Positions 47,966 through 58,803 of a stretch of 64,000 bases of DNA are shown here, one piece after another. The translations under genes and the position numbers were made by a program. The DNA lies in the NCBI GenBank assembly GCA_046757685.1, contig JBHHYV010000004.1, forward strand, positions 1,403-65,402, given 5' to 3'. Below the pieces are notes generated by a model, which saw only the letters and a list, made by a program, of their open reading frames with translations, had not been told where the DNA came from and ran no database searches. The stretch comes from Myxococcota bacterium (GTDB lineage Bacteria; Myxococcota_A; UBA9160; SZUA-336). Each line of letters begins with the position of its first letter. Positions within the stretch are counted from its first letter, which is position 1.

Positions 47966-49560
47966 GTGGAGCCCCTCCCCACCCACGTCGACCGGCGCTC
48001 CGAGACCTACCGCGCCAACCGCGCGGCATTCCTGGAGCGCCTCGAGCAGCTCGACCGGGAGCTCGCCCGAGCGAGTCAGGGAGGGGAAGCGAAGTACGTC
48101 GAGCGTCACCACCGGCGCGGCAAGTGGATGGCGCGCGAACGGATCGAGCTCCTGCTCGATCGCGACTCACCCTTCCTCGAGATCGCGCCGCTCGCCGGCT
48201 GGGGAACGCCCTTCGCGCTCGGAGGCAGCGTGATCTCGGGCATCGGCGTGGTCTCGGGCGTCGAGTGCGTGATCACCGCCCACGAGCCCACCATACGGGG
48301 TGGCTCGATCAACCCCTTGGGGCAGCGCAAGACCGCCCGAACGCTCGAGATCTGTGCCCAGAACCGCCTGCCTCTGATCCAGCTGACCGAGTCGGGCGGT
48401 GCCGACCTTCCCCACCAGGCCGAGATCTTCGTGCCCGGAGGGCGCGGGTTCCGCGAGCTGACGCGGCGCTCCGCGGAGCGGATCCCGACGATCTGCCTGG
48501 TCTTCGGTCCTCGACCGCGGGGGGCGCCTACGTGCCCGGCATGTCGGACTACGTGGTCATGGTCCGGGAGCGCGCGCACGTATTCCTGGGCGGCCCCCCG
48601 CTCGTCAAGATGGCGATCCACGAGGAGAGCAGCGAGGAGGAGCTGGGCGGGGCCGAGATGCACAGTCGCGTCTCGGGGGTCTCGGACTACCTGGCCGCCG
48701 ATGAGCTCGACGCGATCCGGATCGGGCGCGAGATCGTCGCGCAGCTGAACTGGCGCAAGCTCGGAGCCTCGAAGTGCGTTCCGGCCGAGGAGCCGCTCTA
48801 CGATCCCGACGAGCTGCTCGGACTCGTCAGCTTCGACGTGCGCCGACCCTTCGAGGTCCGGGAGGTGATCGCCCGGCTCGTCGACGGCTCGCGCTTCCAC
48901 GAGTTCAAGCCCACCTACGGCACCACGCTGGTCACCGGCTACGCGCACCTTCACGGCTATCCGATCGGGATCCTCGCGAACAATGGCGTGCTCTTCTCGG
49001 AGTCCTCGCAGAAGGGGGCACAGTTCATCCAGCTCTGCAACCAGACCGACACGCCCATCCTCTTCCTGCAGAACATCACGGGCTTCATGGTCGGCCGCCG
49101 CTACGAGGAGCGCGGCATCATCAAGGATGGCGCCAAGCTCATCAACGCCGTCTCCAACAGCGGCGTGCCTCACCTGACCCTGATGATCGGAGCCTCCTAT
49201 GGGGCGGGGAACTACGGCATGGCGGGACGCGCCTACGACCCGCGGCTGCTCTTCAGCTGGCCCAACCACCGGATCGCGGTCATGGGCCCGGAGCAGCTGG
49301 CCGGGGTCCTCTCGATCGTGCGCCGACAGGCGGCCGAGCGTGCGGGGGAGGCGTTCGATGAAGAGGCGGACACGAGGCTGCGCCGTCAGGTCGAGTCCCA
49401 GATCGAGAAGGAGTCCGACGCCTTCTTCGCGACGGGACAGCTCTGGGACGACGGGATGATCGACCCGCGCGACTCGCGGACCGTCCTGGGGATCGCGCTC
49501 TCGGCGGTGCACTCCGCGCCGGTCGAGGGCACGCGAGGCTACGGGGTCTTCCGGATGTGA
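47966..49560 (+). CDS. atuC: Geranyl-CoA/acyl-CoA carboxylase beta subunit (AtuC-like); apparent 1-nt frameshift at ~48507
   Basis: [16 protein letters not shown], then VFG|[14 protein letters not shown] across the frame change, [40 protein letters not shown]. Confidence 0.85.
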
Positions 49561-51629
49561 GGGAGCCACGCCGGTTCGAACGCGTCCTCGTCGCGAACCG
49601 CGGAGAGATCGCGCGCCGCATCTTCCGCACGCTCCGCGAGATGGGAATCGAGAGCGTCGGCGTGTACTCCGATGCCGACGCAGAGGCGCCGCATGCGAAC
49701 GAGGCCGACCTGGCGGTCCGCATCGGAGCCGGGCCCGCCCGCGATTCCTACCTCTCGATCGAGCGAATCCTCGAGGCGGCGCGGCGCACGCGGGCCGACG
49801 CCCTGCACCCCGGCTACGGATTCCTGGCCGAGAGCGCAGAGCTGGCCGAGCGCTGCGAGGCTGCCGGCGTGACCTTCATCGGACCCTCGCCGGAGGTCCT
49901 CCGGCGACTCGGAAGCAAGCTCGAGGCGAAGGCCACGGTCGCGGAGGTGGGCGTTCCGGTGCTCCCCGGGTTTGCCACCCGGGGTCTCTCTCCGGGAGAG
50001 ATCGAGAAGCGGGTGCTCGAGGTGGGTCTTCCCGTCGTGGTGAAGGCATCTGCCGGCGGAGGAGGTCGCGGCCTGCGCAAGGTCGCCCGCCCGGACGAGA
50101 TCCCCGCCGCGATGGCGGCCGCGGGACGCGAGGCGCAGCTGGCCTTCGGGGACGACACCTTGCTCGTCGAGCGCTTGCTGGCGGCGCCGCGGCACGTCGA
50201 GGTCCAGATCCTGGGGGACCGGCACGGGCAGACGATCCACTGCTTCGAGCGCGAGTGCTCCATCCAGCGACGCCACCAGAAGCTGATCGAAGAGGCGCCC
50301 TCCCCGGCACTCGATGCCGAGCTTCGCGAGCGGCTGTGCGAGGCGGCCCTGACGGCCGCTCGGGCCGTCGGCTACGTGGGGGCGGGCACCATGGAGTTCC
50401 TCCTCGACCGGGACGGCCGGTTCTTCTTTCTCGAGGCAAACCCGCGGCTGCAGGTCGAGCATGCCGTCACCGAGGCGGTGACTGGACTCGACCTGGTGCA
50501 GCTGCAGATCCAGATCGCCGCGGGCGCGCCCCTGCCCCTCGAGCAGCGCGACCTTCGCCTCTCGGGCCATGCGATCGAGGCGCGCGTGGTGGCCGAAGAT
50601 CCCGAGCGCGACTTCCGCCCGTCGACGGGTCGCGTGGCCCTCTGGGAGGCGCCCCGCGTGGGTGGCGTGCGCTGCGACGCCGGCGTCGATACGGGGACGC
50701 AGGTGACCGTCCACTACGACTCACTGCTCGCCCGGCTGATCGCGCACGGCGAGAGCCGGGAGGCGGCGCGCCAGCGGCTGGCACACGGGCTGCGCCAGCT
50801 TGGGCTCGCCGGCGTCGCGAACAACCGGGCGTTCCTGATCCAGGCGCTCGAGCATCCCGCGTTCGTCTCGGGAGATACGCAGACCGACTTCATCGAGACC
50901 CACATTCCCCGGGGACGCCGGTCCCCGCGCCTGGAGCCCGAGCGGCTGCGCCGGCACGCGATCGCCGCCACCCTCTTCCTTCACGAGCGCCGCCGCGCCC
51001 GGGGCGGTCCCCTGCCGGAAGGCATTCCCTCGGGCTGGAGGAACAACCGCTTTCGAGGCCAGCGCGAGCGCTACCGCTCGGGTGATCTCGAGCTCGAGAT
51101 CTCGTACGTGGCGGAGGGGGACGCGACCTTCGCGATCGAAGCGGAGGGCGCAGGCCCCGATGGTTCGTCGCGCGCGCGCGTGGTGGCGTGCGATCCTGCC
51201 GGGATCCGCGCCGAGCTCGACGGCGTACGGCAGCGCTTCCGGGTCGCGCGTGACGCGGATCGGATCTTCGTGCTCGGCCCCGACGGGAGCTCGGAGCTCA
51301 CGCGGGTCCCGAGGTTCCCTCGAGACCGGCGGGACGAGATCGCGCAGGGCTGTGTCGCGCCCATGACCGGAGTGATTCGCGAGATCCACGTCTCGCCAGG
51401 GGACCGGGTTCGGAAGGGGGCGCCCCTGCTCGTGCTGGAGGCGATGAAGATGGATCATGAGCTCATCGCGCGGGCCTCGGGAGTCGTCCGCGAGATCCGG
51501 GTACGGGTCGACCAGCAGGTCGACCCCGACGAGGTGCTGATCGTGATCGAGAGCGAGCCGACCGCACCCTCGAAGCCCCGGTCAACGCCCCCGTCGGGAT
51601 CTCGCTCGGGAACGAGGGGACGCGCATGA
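49557..51629 (+). CDS. atuF: Biotin carboxylase/biotin carrier alpha subunit (AtuF-like)
   Basis: [39 protein letters not shown], biotinylation motif EAMKM. Confidence 0.88.
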   Translation: MREPRRFERVLVANRGEIARRIFRTLREMGIESVGVYSDADAEAPHANEADLAVRIGAGPARDSYLSIERILEAARRTRADALHPGYGFLAESAELAERCEAAGVTFIGPSPEVLRRLGSKLEAKATVAEVGVPVLPGFATRGLSPGEIEKRVLEVGLPVVVKASAGGGGRGLRKVARPDEIPAAMAAAGREAQLAFGDDTLLVERLLAAPRHVEVQILGDRHGQTIHCFERECSIQRRHQKLIEEAPSPALDAELRERLCEAALTAARAVGYVGAGTMEFLLDRDGRFFFLEANPRLQVEHAVTEAVTGLDLVQLQIQIAAGAPLPLEQRDLRLSGHAIEARVVAEDPERDFRPSTGRVALWEAPRVGGVRCDAGVDTGTQVTVHYDSLLARLIAHGESREAARQRLAHGLRQLGLAGVANNRAFLIQALEHPAFVSGDTQTDFIETHIPRGRRSPRLEPERLRRHAIAATLFLHERRRARGGPLPEGIPSGWRNNRFRGQRERYRSGDLELEISYVAEGDATFAIEAEGAGPDGSSRARVVACDPAGIRAELDGVRQRFRVARDADRIFVLGPDGSSELTRVPRFPRDRRDEIAQGCVAPMTGVIREIHVSPGDRVRKGAPLLVLEAMKMDHELIARASGVVREIRVRVDQQVDPDEVLIVIESEPTAPSKPRSTPPSGSRSGTRGRA

Positions 51630-53392
51630 CGGATCCCCTGCGCGTGGCGAACTGCAGCGGGTTCTACGGAGACCGCCTCTCCGCGGCAAGGGAGATGGTC
51701 GAGGGGGGACCCATCGATGTTCTGTGCGGAGACTATCTCGCCGAGCTGACGTTGATGATCCTGCTTCGCGATCGCCAGCGGGACGAGCGCCTGGGGTTCG
51801 CGCGGACCTTCCTGCGCCAGCTCGAGGAGGTGGCAGCCTCCTGCCTCGAGCGGGGCATCCGAATCGTCGTGAACGCCGGCGGGCTCAACCCGCGCGGCTG
51901 TGCCGAGGCCGCTCGCGCCATCTACTCCAGGCTCGGGCTGCGCGCGAGGGTGGCACACATCGAGGGCGACGACCTGCTGCCGCGGCTCGCCGAGCTGCAG
52001 GCGCAGGGCGAGCCGTTGGCGCATCTGGACCGGGGTGTCGCGCTCTCGAGCCTGGACGCACCGATCCTGAGCGCCAACGCGTACCTGGGCGCCTGGGGGA
52101 TCGTCGCGGCGCTCGAGCGGGGCGCCGACCTGGTCGTCTGTCCGCGCGTCACCGATGCGGCCCTCACGCTCGGCCCCGCCGCCTGGAAGTTCGGCTGGAA
52201 GCGCGACGACTGGGATCGGCTGGCGGCGGGAATCGTGGCCGGCCACATCCTCGAGTGCGGAGCCCAGTGCACCGGCGGGAACTACGCGTTCTTCGAGGAG
52301 GTTCCCAGACTCGCGCACCCCGGCTTTCCGATCGCCGAGATCTCCGGCGACGGCAGCTTCGTGATCACCAAGCATCCGGGAACGGGAGGCCGGGTCTCGG
52401 TCGGGACGGTGACCGCCCAGCTCCTCTACGAGATCGGCGGGCCCGAGTACCCGAACCCCGACGTCACCGCACGCTTCGACACGATCCGGCTCGAGCCGCA
52501 GGGTACGGATCGCGTGTACGTGAGCGGCGTCCGGGGCGAGCCCCCCCCACCGACGACCAAGGTCTGCATCAACCACCACGGCGGCTACCGCAACAGCATC
52601 ACCTTCGTCCTGACCGGCCTGGCCATCGAAGAGAAGGCCCGACTCGCCGAGGAGACCCTCTGGGAGGCCCTCGGGGGCCGCGAGCAGTTCGCCGAGACGC
52701 GGGTCTCGCTGCGCCGCTCGGCCCACCCCGACCCGGAGAGCAACGAGGACGCCTCGGCCTTTCTGACCGTCTCGGTCAAGGATCCCGACCCCCAGAAGGT
52801 CGGCCGCGCGTTCTCGGGCAAGGGGGTCGAGATGGCCCTGGCGAGCTACCCCGGCTTCTACGCGACCGCTCCGCCGGCTCGCGAGCAGCTCTTCGGCGTC
52901 TACTGGCCGGCCGTCGTGGCGGCAGACCGGATCCAGCAGCGCGTGGTCGTGGAGGGCGAGACCCTGGAGATCGACCCGGTCCAGGTCCCGGCTCGGTCCG
53001 AGCCCAGCGCCCCACCCCCCGCGCCTGTCCTCCAGGGGGCCCCGCAGCCCGGCTCGCCCACGACGAGGCGGCCGCTGGGTGCGCTCTGCGGCGCGCGCTC
53101 CGGGGACAAGGGCGGCAACGCCAACCTCGGGGTCTGGGTGCGGACCCCGCGGGCCTACCCCTGGCTCGAGGACTTCCTGTCCATCGAGCGACTGCGCGAG
53201 CTTCTTCCAGAGACCCGGAGCCTGGAGATCGAGCGCTACCCATTCCCCAACCTGCTGGCAGTCAACTTCGTCGTGAAGGGATTGCTCGGGGACGGGGTCG
53301 CCGCCTCGCTGCGTCCGGATCCCCAGGCGAAGAGCCTGGGCGAGTACCTGCGCGCCCGCCACGTGCCGATCCCCGAGGAGCTCATGCCCTAG
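51626..53392 (+). CDS. atuA: Acyclic terpene utilisation protein AtuA (DUF1446)
   Basis: NCSGFYGDR, DYLAELT, NAGGLNP, GHILECGAQCTGGNY, QLLYEI, ARSGDKGG, DPQAKSLGE. Confidence 0.93.
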   Translation: MTDPLRVANCSGFYGDRLSAAREMVEGGPIDVLCGDYLAELTLMILLRDRQRDERLGFARTFLRQLEEVAASCLERGIRIVVNAGGLNPRGCAEAARAIYSRLGLRARVAHIEGDDLLPRLAELQAQGEPLAHLDRGVALSSLDAPILSANAYLGAWGIVAALERGADLVVCPRVTDAALTLGPAAWKFGWKRDDWDRLAAGIVAGHILECGAQCTGGNYAFFEEVPRLAHPGFPIAEISGDGSFVITKHPGTGGRVSVGTVTAQLLYEIGGPEYPNPDVTARFDTIRLEPQGTDRVYVSGVRGEPPPPTTKVCINHHGGYRNSITFVLTGLAIEEKARLAEETLWEALGGREQFAETRVSLRRSAHPDPESNEDASAFLTVSVKDPDPQKVGRAFSGKGVEMALASYPGFYATAPPAREQLFGVYWPAVVAADRIQQRVVVEGETLEIDPVQVPARSEPSAPPPAPVLQGAPQPGSPTTRRPLGALCGARSGDKGGNANLGVWVRTPRAYPWLEDFLSIERLRELLPETRSLEIERYPFPNLLAVNFVVKGLLGDGVAASLRPDPQAKSLGEYLRARHVPIPEELMP

Positions 53393-53443
53393 AGGACTCG
53401 AACACCGGGCCCGGTCCGCCCTCTCCGCTCACGAGGACTTCAG

Positions 53444-54640
53444 ATGTCATCGGCTCTCGAACTCTGTGCGTTCGGATCGCTCGTGAGCTGGGTCTACCTG
53501 ACCTTCCTCCACGCGCGCTTCTGGCGCGCGGATCAGCGACTTCCGCTCGCGGGGGACTCTCCGAGCGACACGGCGGAGTGGCCGGCGGTTGCGGCCGTGG
53601 TGCCAGCACGAAACGAGGCACGGGGAGTGGAGCGCGCGCTCCGGTCGGTCCTGGACCAGGACTACCCGGGTCGCCTTCGTGTGATCCTCGTCGACGATCA
53701 GAGCGACGACGAGACCTGGGAGCGCGCGCTCCGTGTCGCGCGGAGCCACCCTCGAGGCGCTCAGCTCGAGATCCTGCGCGCCCCGCCGCGACCGGGAGGC
53801 TGGGTCGGCAAGATGTGGGCCGTACACACGGGAGTGTCCCGCGCCCACGAGACGGCGCCCGATGCCCTCTTCCTGTGGATCACCGACGCCGACGTCGATC
53901 ACACTCCATCCGTCGTCCGGCGCCTCGTCCGCAAGGCCCAGCGAGAGCAGCTGGACCTGGCCTCGATCCTGGTACGCCTGCACTGCCGGAGCCGCTGGGA
54001 GAGGCTGCTGGTTCCGGCCTTCGCCTACTTCTTCCAGCTGCTCTACCCCTTCGCGCGCGTGAACGATCCGCGCTCGCGCGTCGCCGGCGCCGCGGGCGGC
54101 TGCATGCTGGTCCGCGCCACCGCACTCGACCGCGCCGGCGGCTTCGAGGCAATCCGGGGCGAGATCATCGACGACTGCGCCCTCGGCCGGCTGCTCAAGA
54201 GAGGAGGCCGGATCTGGCTGGGCCTGTGCCCCGAGGAGTACAGCTTCCGCCCCTACACGGGTCTCACCGAGATCTGGCAGATGATCGCGCGCAGCGCGTA
54301 CACGCAGCTGCACCACTCGCCGCTTCTGCTCGCGGGCACCCTGGTCGGCCTCGCCCTGCTCTTCGGGGCGCCGCTGATCAGCGTCCTGGGTCTAGCGTGG
54401 ACGCACGACCTCGGCGCCGCCCTCGCCGGAGGACTCGCGTGGGCCCTGATGACCCTGACGCTTCAGCCGACCCTGCGCGACTACGCGCTCTCTCCGGCCC
54501 TCGGTGCCGCCCTGCCCCTCGCGGGGCTGCTCTACGCGACGATGACCCTCGATTCCGCCCGCCGCAGCTGGCTCGGCCGGGGCGGCGAGTGGAAGGGGCG
54601 CGCCGGCGCCGGACGCGCCGACGCCCCGTCGGGGGGATAG
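53444..54640 (+). CDS. hpnB: Hopene-associated glycosyltransferase HpnB (GT2)
   Basis: FWRADQRL, VVPARNEA, GWVGKMWA, TDAD, PAFAYFFQLLYPFARVNDP, AAGGCML, IIDDCALG, RSAYTQL, GEWKGR. Confidence 0.9.
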   Translation: MSSALELCAFGSLVSWVYLTFLHARFWRADQRLPLAGDSPSDTAEWPAVAAVVPARNEARGVERALRSVLDQDYPGRLRVILVDDQSDDETWERALRVARSHPRGAQLEILRAPPRPGGWVGKMWAVHTGVSRAHETAPDALFLWITDADVDHTPSVVRRLVRKAQREQLDLASILVRLHCRSRWERLLVPAFAYFFQLLYPFARVNDPRSRVAGAAGGCMLVRATALDRAGGFEAIRGEIIDDCALGRLLKRGGRIWLGLCPEEYSFRPYTGLTEIWQMIARSAYTQLHHSPLLLAGTLVGLALLFGAPLISVLGLAWTHDLGAALAGGLAWALMTLTLQPTLRDYALSPALGAALPLAGLLYATMTLDSARRSWLGRGGEWKGRAGAGRADAPSGG

Positions 54641-54679
54641 CGCGTTCCTGCTCGCAGCGGGGCGCGACCGGGAAGCGAG

Positions 54680-55819
54680 ATGAAGGGGAGCAACCGGGCG
54701 ACGGCGGCGAGAGGCTCCAGCGGCGAGCTGGGACTGGCCGAGCTGGTCGCGATCGGGGTGGGCGGCATGATCGGGGGCGGGATCTTCTCGATCCTGGGGC
54801 TCGCCGTAGACGTCGCGGGTCACGCTGCTCCGCTGGCGTTCGGGATCGGGAGCGCGATCGCCTTTGCCGCGGGCTATAGCTACGTGCGGCTGGCCCTGAC
54901 CTACCGCGGCGACGGCGCGAGCTTCACGTACCTGGAGCGGGCCTTCCCCCGCACGCCCTCGATCGCCGGAGTCGCCGGCTGGACGGTGGTCTTCGGCTAC
55001 ATCGGGACCCTCGCACTCTATGCCTTCACCTTCGGGGCCTACGCATCCCACCTGCTCGGCCTGGACCCGTCGGCCTTCGCGCGAGCAGTGCTCCTGGGCG
55101 GCGCGCTGATCTTCGTCGCGTACGAAGGATTCCAGCTCATCACCAACGCCGTATGCGAGACCCGGGACCCGGAGCGAACGATTCCCCGGGGGCTCTTCGG
55201 GTCGATCGCGATCACCTCGCTGATCTACATGGCCGTCGCCCTCGTCGCGGTCGGGAACCTGGATGTCGCCTCGATCCACGCCGCCCAGGAGTACGCGCTC
55301 GCAGCGGTCGCCGAGCCGGTCCTGGGCCGGCTCGGCGTCGTTCTCGTCGATGTCGCCGCCATGCTTGCGACGGCGTCCGCGATGAACGCCACGATCTTCG
55401 GGGCCAGTCACCTTGCGTTCGAGATCGCGAACGACCACCTGGCTCCCAGCGCTTTCTCACACCGCAATCGGTCGGGGGTACCGCTCCCGGCGGCGGCGGC
55501 CATCACCCTGGCATCGATTGGACTGACCGCCTTCGGCGGTCTGGAGCTGATCGCCTCGTTCTCGAGCCTGACGTTCCTGCTGGTATCGATTGCGGTCTGC
55601 GTCGCCAACTTCAGGCTGCGCGAGCAGACGCGGTCTTCTGCAGTGCCGATCGTCGTGGCCCTGATCCTGATGGCACTCACGGTGGCTCTGCTCCTGCTCT
55701 ACCTGGCCGAGAACGACCGGGGCGCGCTCTACTTCGCGCTCTCGGCGTACGCGGGCACCGGGCTCAGCTTCCTGCTCTTTCGCGTCGTCGCCGGCCGGCG
55801 GCGCCGAACCTCGGAGTAG
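54680..55819 (+). CDS. APC-family amino acid permease, apparently with an in-frame internal deletion
   Basis: GVGGMIGGGIF, SYVRL, FVAYEGFQLITNA..E..DP, TASAMNATIFG. Only 379 aa: the TM3 end runs straight into TM6. Confidence 0.75.
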   Translation: MKGSNRATAARGSSGELGLAELVAIGVGGMIGGGIFSILGLAVDVAGHAAPLAFGIGSAIAFAAGYSYVRLALTYRGDGASFTYLERAFPRTPSIAGVAGWTVVFGYIGTLALYAFTFGAYASHLLGLDPSAFARAVLLGGALIFVAYEGFQLITNAVCETRDPERTIPRGLFGSIAITSLIYMAVALVAVGNLDVASIHAAQEYALAAVAEPVLGRLGVVLVDVAAMLATASAMNATIFGASHLAFEIANDHLAPSAFSHRNRSGVPLPAAAAITLASIGLTAFGGLELIASFSSLTFLLVSIAVCVANFRLREQTRSSAVPIVVALILMALTVALLLLYLAENDRGALYFALSAYAGTGLSFLLFRVVAGRRRRTSE

Positions 55820-55830
55820 AAGAGGACGAG

Positions 55831-56435
55831 ATGGAGGAGCTGTACGAGCTCGCCGAGGGAGTCCATGTCGGACGCTCCGAGATCCGCTTCTACGGGTTCC
55901 GCCTCGAGACGCGGATGGCTGCGATCCGGCTTCCTGGCGAGCGTCTGCTCCTCTACTCGCCGACCTGGCTGACCGACTCGCTGCGCCGTGAGCTGGCCCC
56001 CTGGGGCGCGTCGCGTTCGTCGTCTCTCCCAACAAGATCCACAACCAGACGCTCGGTGAAGATCGATCGGCCTATCCCACGGCGTGAATCCTCGCACCCC
56101 CGGGGCTACCCGAGCGCCGTCCAGAGCTGGAGTTCGACGCCGTCCTCGGCGATCGACCGCTCGCGGAGTGGTCCGAGACCCTGGACCAGGTGCTGACGGA
56201 CGGCAACGTCTTCTTCCGGGAGGTGCTCCTCTTTCATCGCCCGTCGGGCACGTTGCTCGTGGGCGATCTGGTCGAGAACCTCGAACCCTCGACCACCTCG
56301 TGCCTCGGTCGCTGGGTCAGCCCGCTCTTCGGAATCCAGAGGCGACCGATGCCGTCCCCCGAGTTCCGGTTCTACACCCACGATGCGGCCGCAGCGGAGA
56401 GGTCGCTGGCGCACGCCCGCCGCTGGCCGATCCCG
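55831..56435 (+). pseudogene. DUF4336 (metallo-beta-lactamase-like) pseudogene
   Basis: TRMAAIRL..LLLYSP in frame +1; frameshift near 56000; then VVSPNKIH, in-frame TGA 56085-56087, EVLLFHRPSGTLLVGDL. Truncated after RRWP, with the terminal HG motif missing. Confidence 0.8.
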
Positions 56436-56490
56436 AAGACCCGGAAATCCCCGCACCACCGAAGACTTCACAGCCGAAGCGCGGTGGCTC

Positions 56491-57120
56491 ATGCTCCACG
56501 CGGAAGTGAGCCATGGAGGGGATGCGAGATGGGCGACGCGGGGCTCACAGGCGCGTGCGAGAGCGAGCGTCCTGCGGATCCGGCGGGTCGCCGTCCTCTG
56601 GGTCCTGATCTCGGCGCTGGGAGCGGGGTGTGGGAGTCCGAGTGGGGCGTCGTCGGAGGGGGCGGATCGCGGACCCTACGTTCCCGGACTGGGTGAGATC
56701 ATGTCGGCGACGCAGATGCGCCACCTCAAGCTCTGGTACGCGGGACGAGCTCGCAACTGGGCACTTGCGAGCTACGAGGTCGACGAGCTCGAGGAGGGCT
56801 TCGAAGCGGCCATGCGCTTTCATCCCGAGCACAAGAACTCTCCGCGGCCGCTCACCGAGCTGATCCCGGAGTTCACCCGCGGCCCGACCGAGGCGCTACG
56901 CGCCGCCCTGCGCCGCGAGAGCCCCGATGCCTTCGTCGCCGCCTACGAGCAGCGGACCGAGGCATGCAACGGCTGTCACATCGCTACCCGCTTTGCCTTC
57001 AACCGCGTCGTGCGTCCGTCGGAGAATCCCTACTCGAACCAGCGCTTCGATGCTCGACGCGATTCTCCGGGGGGATCTCGCTCCGAGGCCCAGAGAGGCG
57101 AGAGCCGTGCGACCCGCTGA
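56491..57120 (+). CDS. Putative monoheme c-type cytochrome lipoprotein (helical bundle, C-terminal CxxCH); start uncertain
   Basis: Hydrophobic signal with lipobox LGAGC; PGLGEIM..QMRHLKLWYAG..NWALASYEVDEL; CNGCH. Confidence 0.7.
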   Translation: MLHAEVSHGGDARWATRGSQARARASVLRIRRVAVLWVLISALGAGCGSPSGASSEGADRGPYVPGLGEIMSATQMRHLKLWYAGRARNWALASYEVDELEEGFEAAMRFHPEHKNSPRPLTELIPEFTRGPTEALRAALRRESPDAFVAAYEQRTEACNGCHIATRFAFNRVVRPSENPYSNQRFDARRDSPGGSRSEAQRGESRATR

Positions 57121-57312
57121 ACCGACGCGCATCCACCGGCCCGAGCCGTCGGGCTCCCTCGCCGAGGCCCGCCAGGAAGCCGGCTTCTCGAGAGCTCCGT
57201 CCGCGGGATCTCGAGCTGCGAGGAGAGAGAGCGGTTCATCGACCGGTACGATCCGAAGTATGATTGGATCCTGACGCTCCAGGCAGATCGCCCCGAGCGA
57301 GCGGAGGGAGCC

Positions 57313-58803
57313 ATGAGTCTGAACCTGGGTACGATCCTCGAGGCCTCGGCGGAGAGCCGGCCGGACCATCCGGCGCTGCGGCTCCACGAGACCGTGCTGT
57401 GCTATCGCGACCTGGATCGCGCGGCGCGGGGCGTGGCGAGCGGGCTTCGCGCGCGGGGAGTCTCGGCGGGCGACCAGGTGGCGCTCATGGTGCCGAACGT
57501 TCCGGAGTTCACGATCGCCTACTTCGGGATCCTCTATGCGGGCGCGACGGTCGTTCCGCTGAACGTGCTGCTCTCCGCGCCCGAGGTCGAGTACCACGTT
57601 CGCGACTCCGCCTCGCGTCTGCTGATCGCCCATCCGCTCTTCTCGGCGCCGGCGAGCCAGGGTGCCGAGCGGGCGGGGGTCGAGGTGATCTGGGCGGGGG
57701 GCGAGACGGAGCCGAACCTCTCGGCGCTCGCGGAGGGTCCGGCGATCGATGCGATCGCGGCCACATCGGCCGACGACACGGCAGTCATCCTCTACACGTC
57801 CGGAACGACCGGAAAGCCGAAAGGCGCCGAGCTGACGCACGCCAACCTCCTCATCAACTGCTCGCTCGTGGTTCCGAAGCTCCTGCCGCTCGGACCGGAC
57901 GACGTGGCGCTTGCGACGCTCCCCCTCTTCCACTCCTTTGGCCAGACCTGCATCCAGAACACGGCGATCTCGCTCGGCGCGACCTTCACGCTCCTGCCGC
58001 GCTTCACGCCCCAGGAGGCTCTCGAGATCATGGAACGCGACTCCGTGACCCTCTTCGCGGGCGTCCCGACCATGTACTTTGCACTCCTCCACCACGAGGG
58101 GGACCATCACTACGACCTCTCCAGCCTGAAGTACTGCCTGACCGGTGGCGCTGCCATGCCCGTCGAGGTGATGAAGTCCTTCGAGGCCCGCTATCCGGTC
58201 CAGATCCTCGAGGGCTACGGCCTCTCCGAGACGTCTCCAGTGGCGAGCTTCAACATGCTCGACCGTCCCCGTCGGGCGGGATCGATCGGTTACCCGGTGT
58301 GGGGGGTCCAGCTGCGGATCGTCGACGAGAACGACCAACCGGTACCCGACGGGGAGCGCGGAGAGATCTGCATCCGGGGTCACAACGTGATGAAGGGCTA
58401 CTGGCAGCGGCCCGATGCCACCAAGGAAGCGCTCCGCAACGGCTGGTTCCACTCGGGCGACATCGGGATTCGCGACCCGGACGGATCGTTCCGGATCGTC
58501 GATCGCGTGAAGGACATGATCATCCGGGGCGGCTTCAACGTCTATCCGCGGGAGGTCGAGGAGGTGCTCTTCGCCCACCCCGCGATCGCAGAGGCCGCCG
58601 TGATCGGCGTGCCCCACGAGAGCCTCGGCGAGGAGGTGAAGGCGGTCGTCGTGCTGGCGCCGGGGCAGGAGCTCTCGCGCGACGAGCTGATCGCTTACAC
58701 GCGCAAGCATCTCGCGGCCTACAAGTACCCCCGGATCGTGGAGTTCCGGGACGCGCTCCCCAAGGGACCGACCGGCAAGATCCTGAAGCGCGAGCTGCGC
58801 TAG
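57313..58803 (+). CDS. Long-chain fatty-acid--CoA ligase
   Basis: YTSGTTGKPKG, LPLFHSFG, EGYGLSET, GWFHSGD, RGGFNVYPRE, LPKGPTGKILKR. Confidence 0.95.
   Translation: MSLNLGTILEASAESRPDHPALRLHETVLCYRDLDRAARGVASGLRARGVSAGDQVALMVPNVPEFTIAYFGILYAGATVVPLNVLLSAPEVEYHVRDSASRLLIAHPLFSAPASQGAERAGVEVIWAGGETEPNLSALAEGPAIDAIAATSADDTAVILYTSGTTGKPKGAELTHANLLINCSLVVPKLLPLGPDDVALATLPLFHSFGQTCIQNTAISLGATFTLLPRFTPQEALEIMERDSVTLFAGVPTMYFALLHHEGDHHYDLSSLKYCLTGGAAMPVEVMKSFEARYPVQILEGYGLSETSPVASFNMLDRPRRAGSIGYPVWGVQLRIVDENDQPVPDGERGEICIRGHNVMKGYWQRPDATKEALRNGWFHSGDIGIRDPDGSFRIVDRVKDMIIRGGFNVYPREVEEVLFAHPAIAEAAVIGVPHESLGEEVKAVVVLAPGQELSRDELIAYTRKHLAAYKYPRIVEFRDALPKGPTGKILKRELR

Noticed and set aside
56085-56087. 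In-frame TGA in the DUF4336 gene as a second selenocysteine
   Set aside because: The position is not a Cys site (YPTA*IL, likely CGA to TGA), no SECIS-like hairpin follows, and the gene has other lesions.
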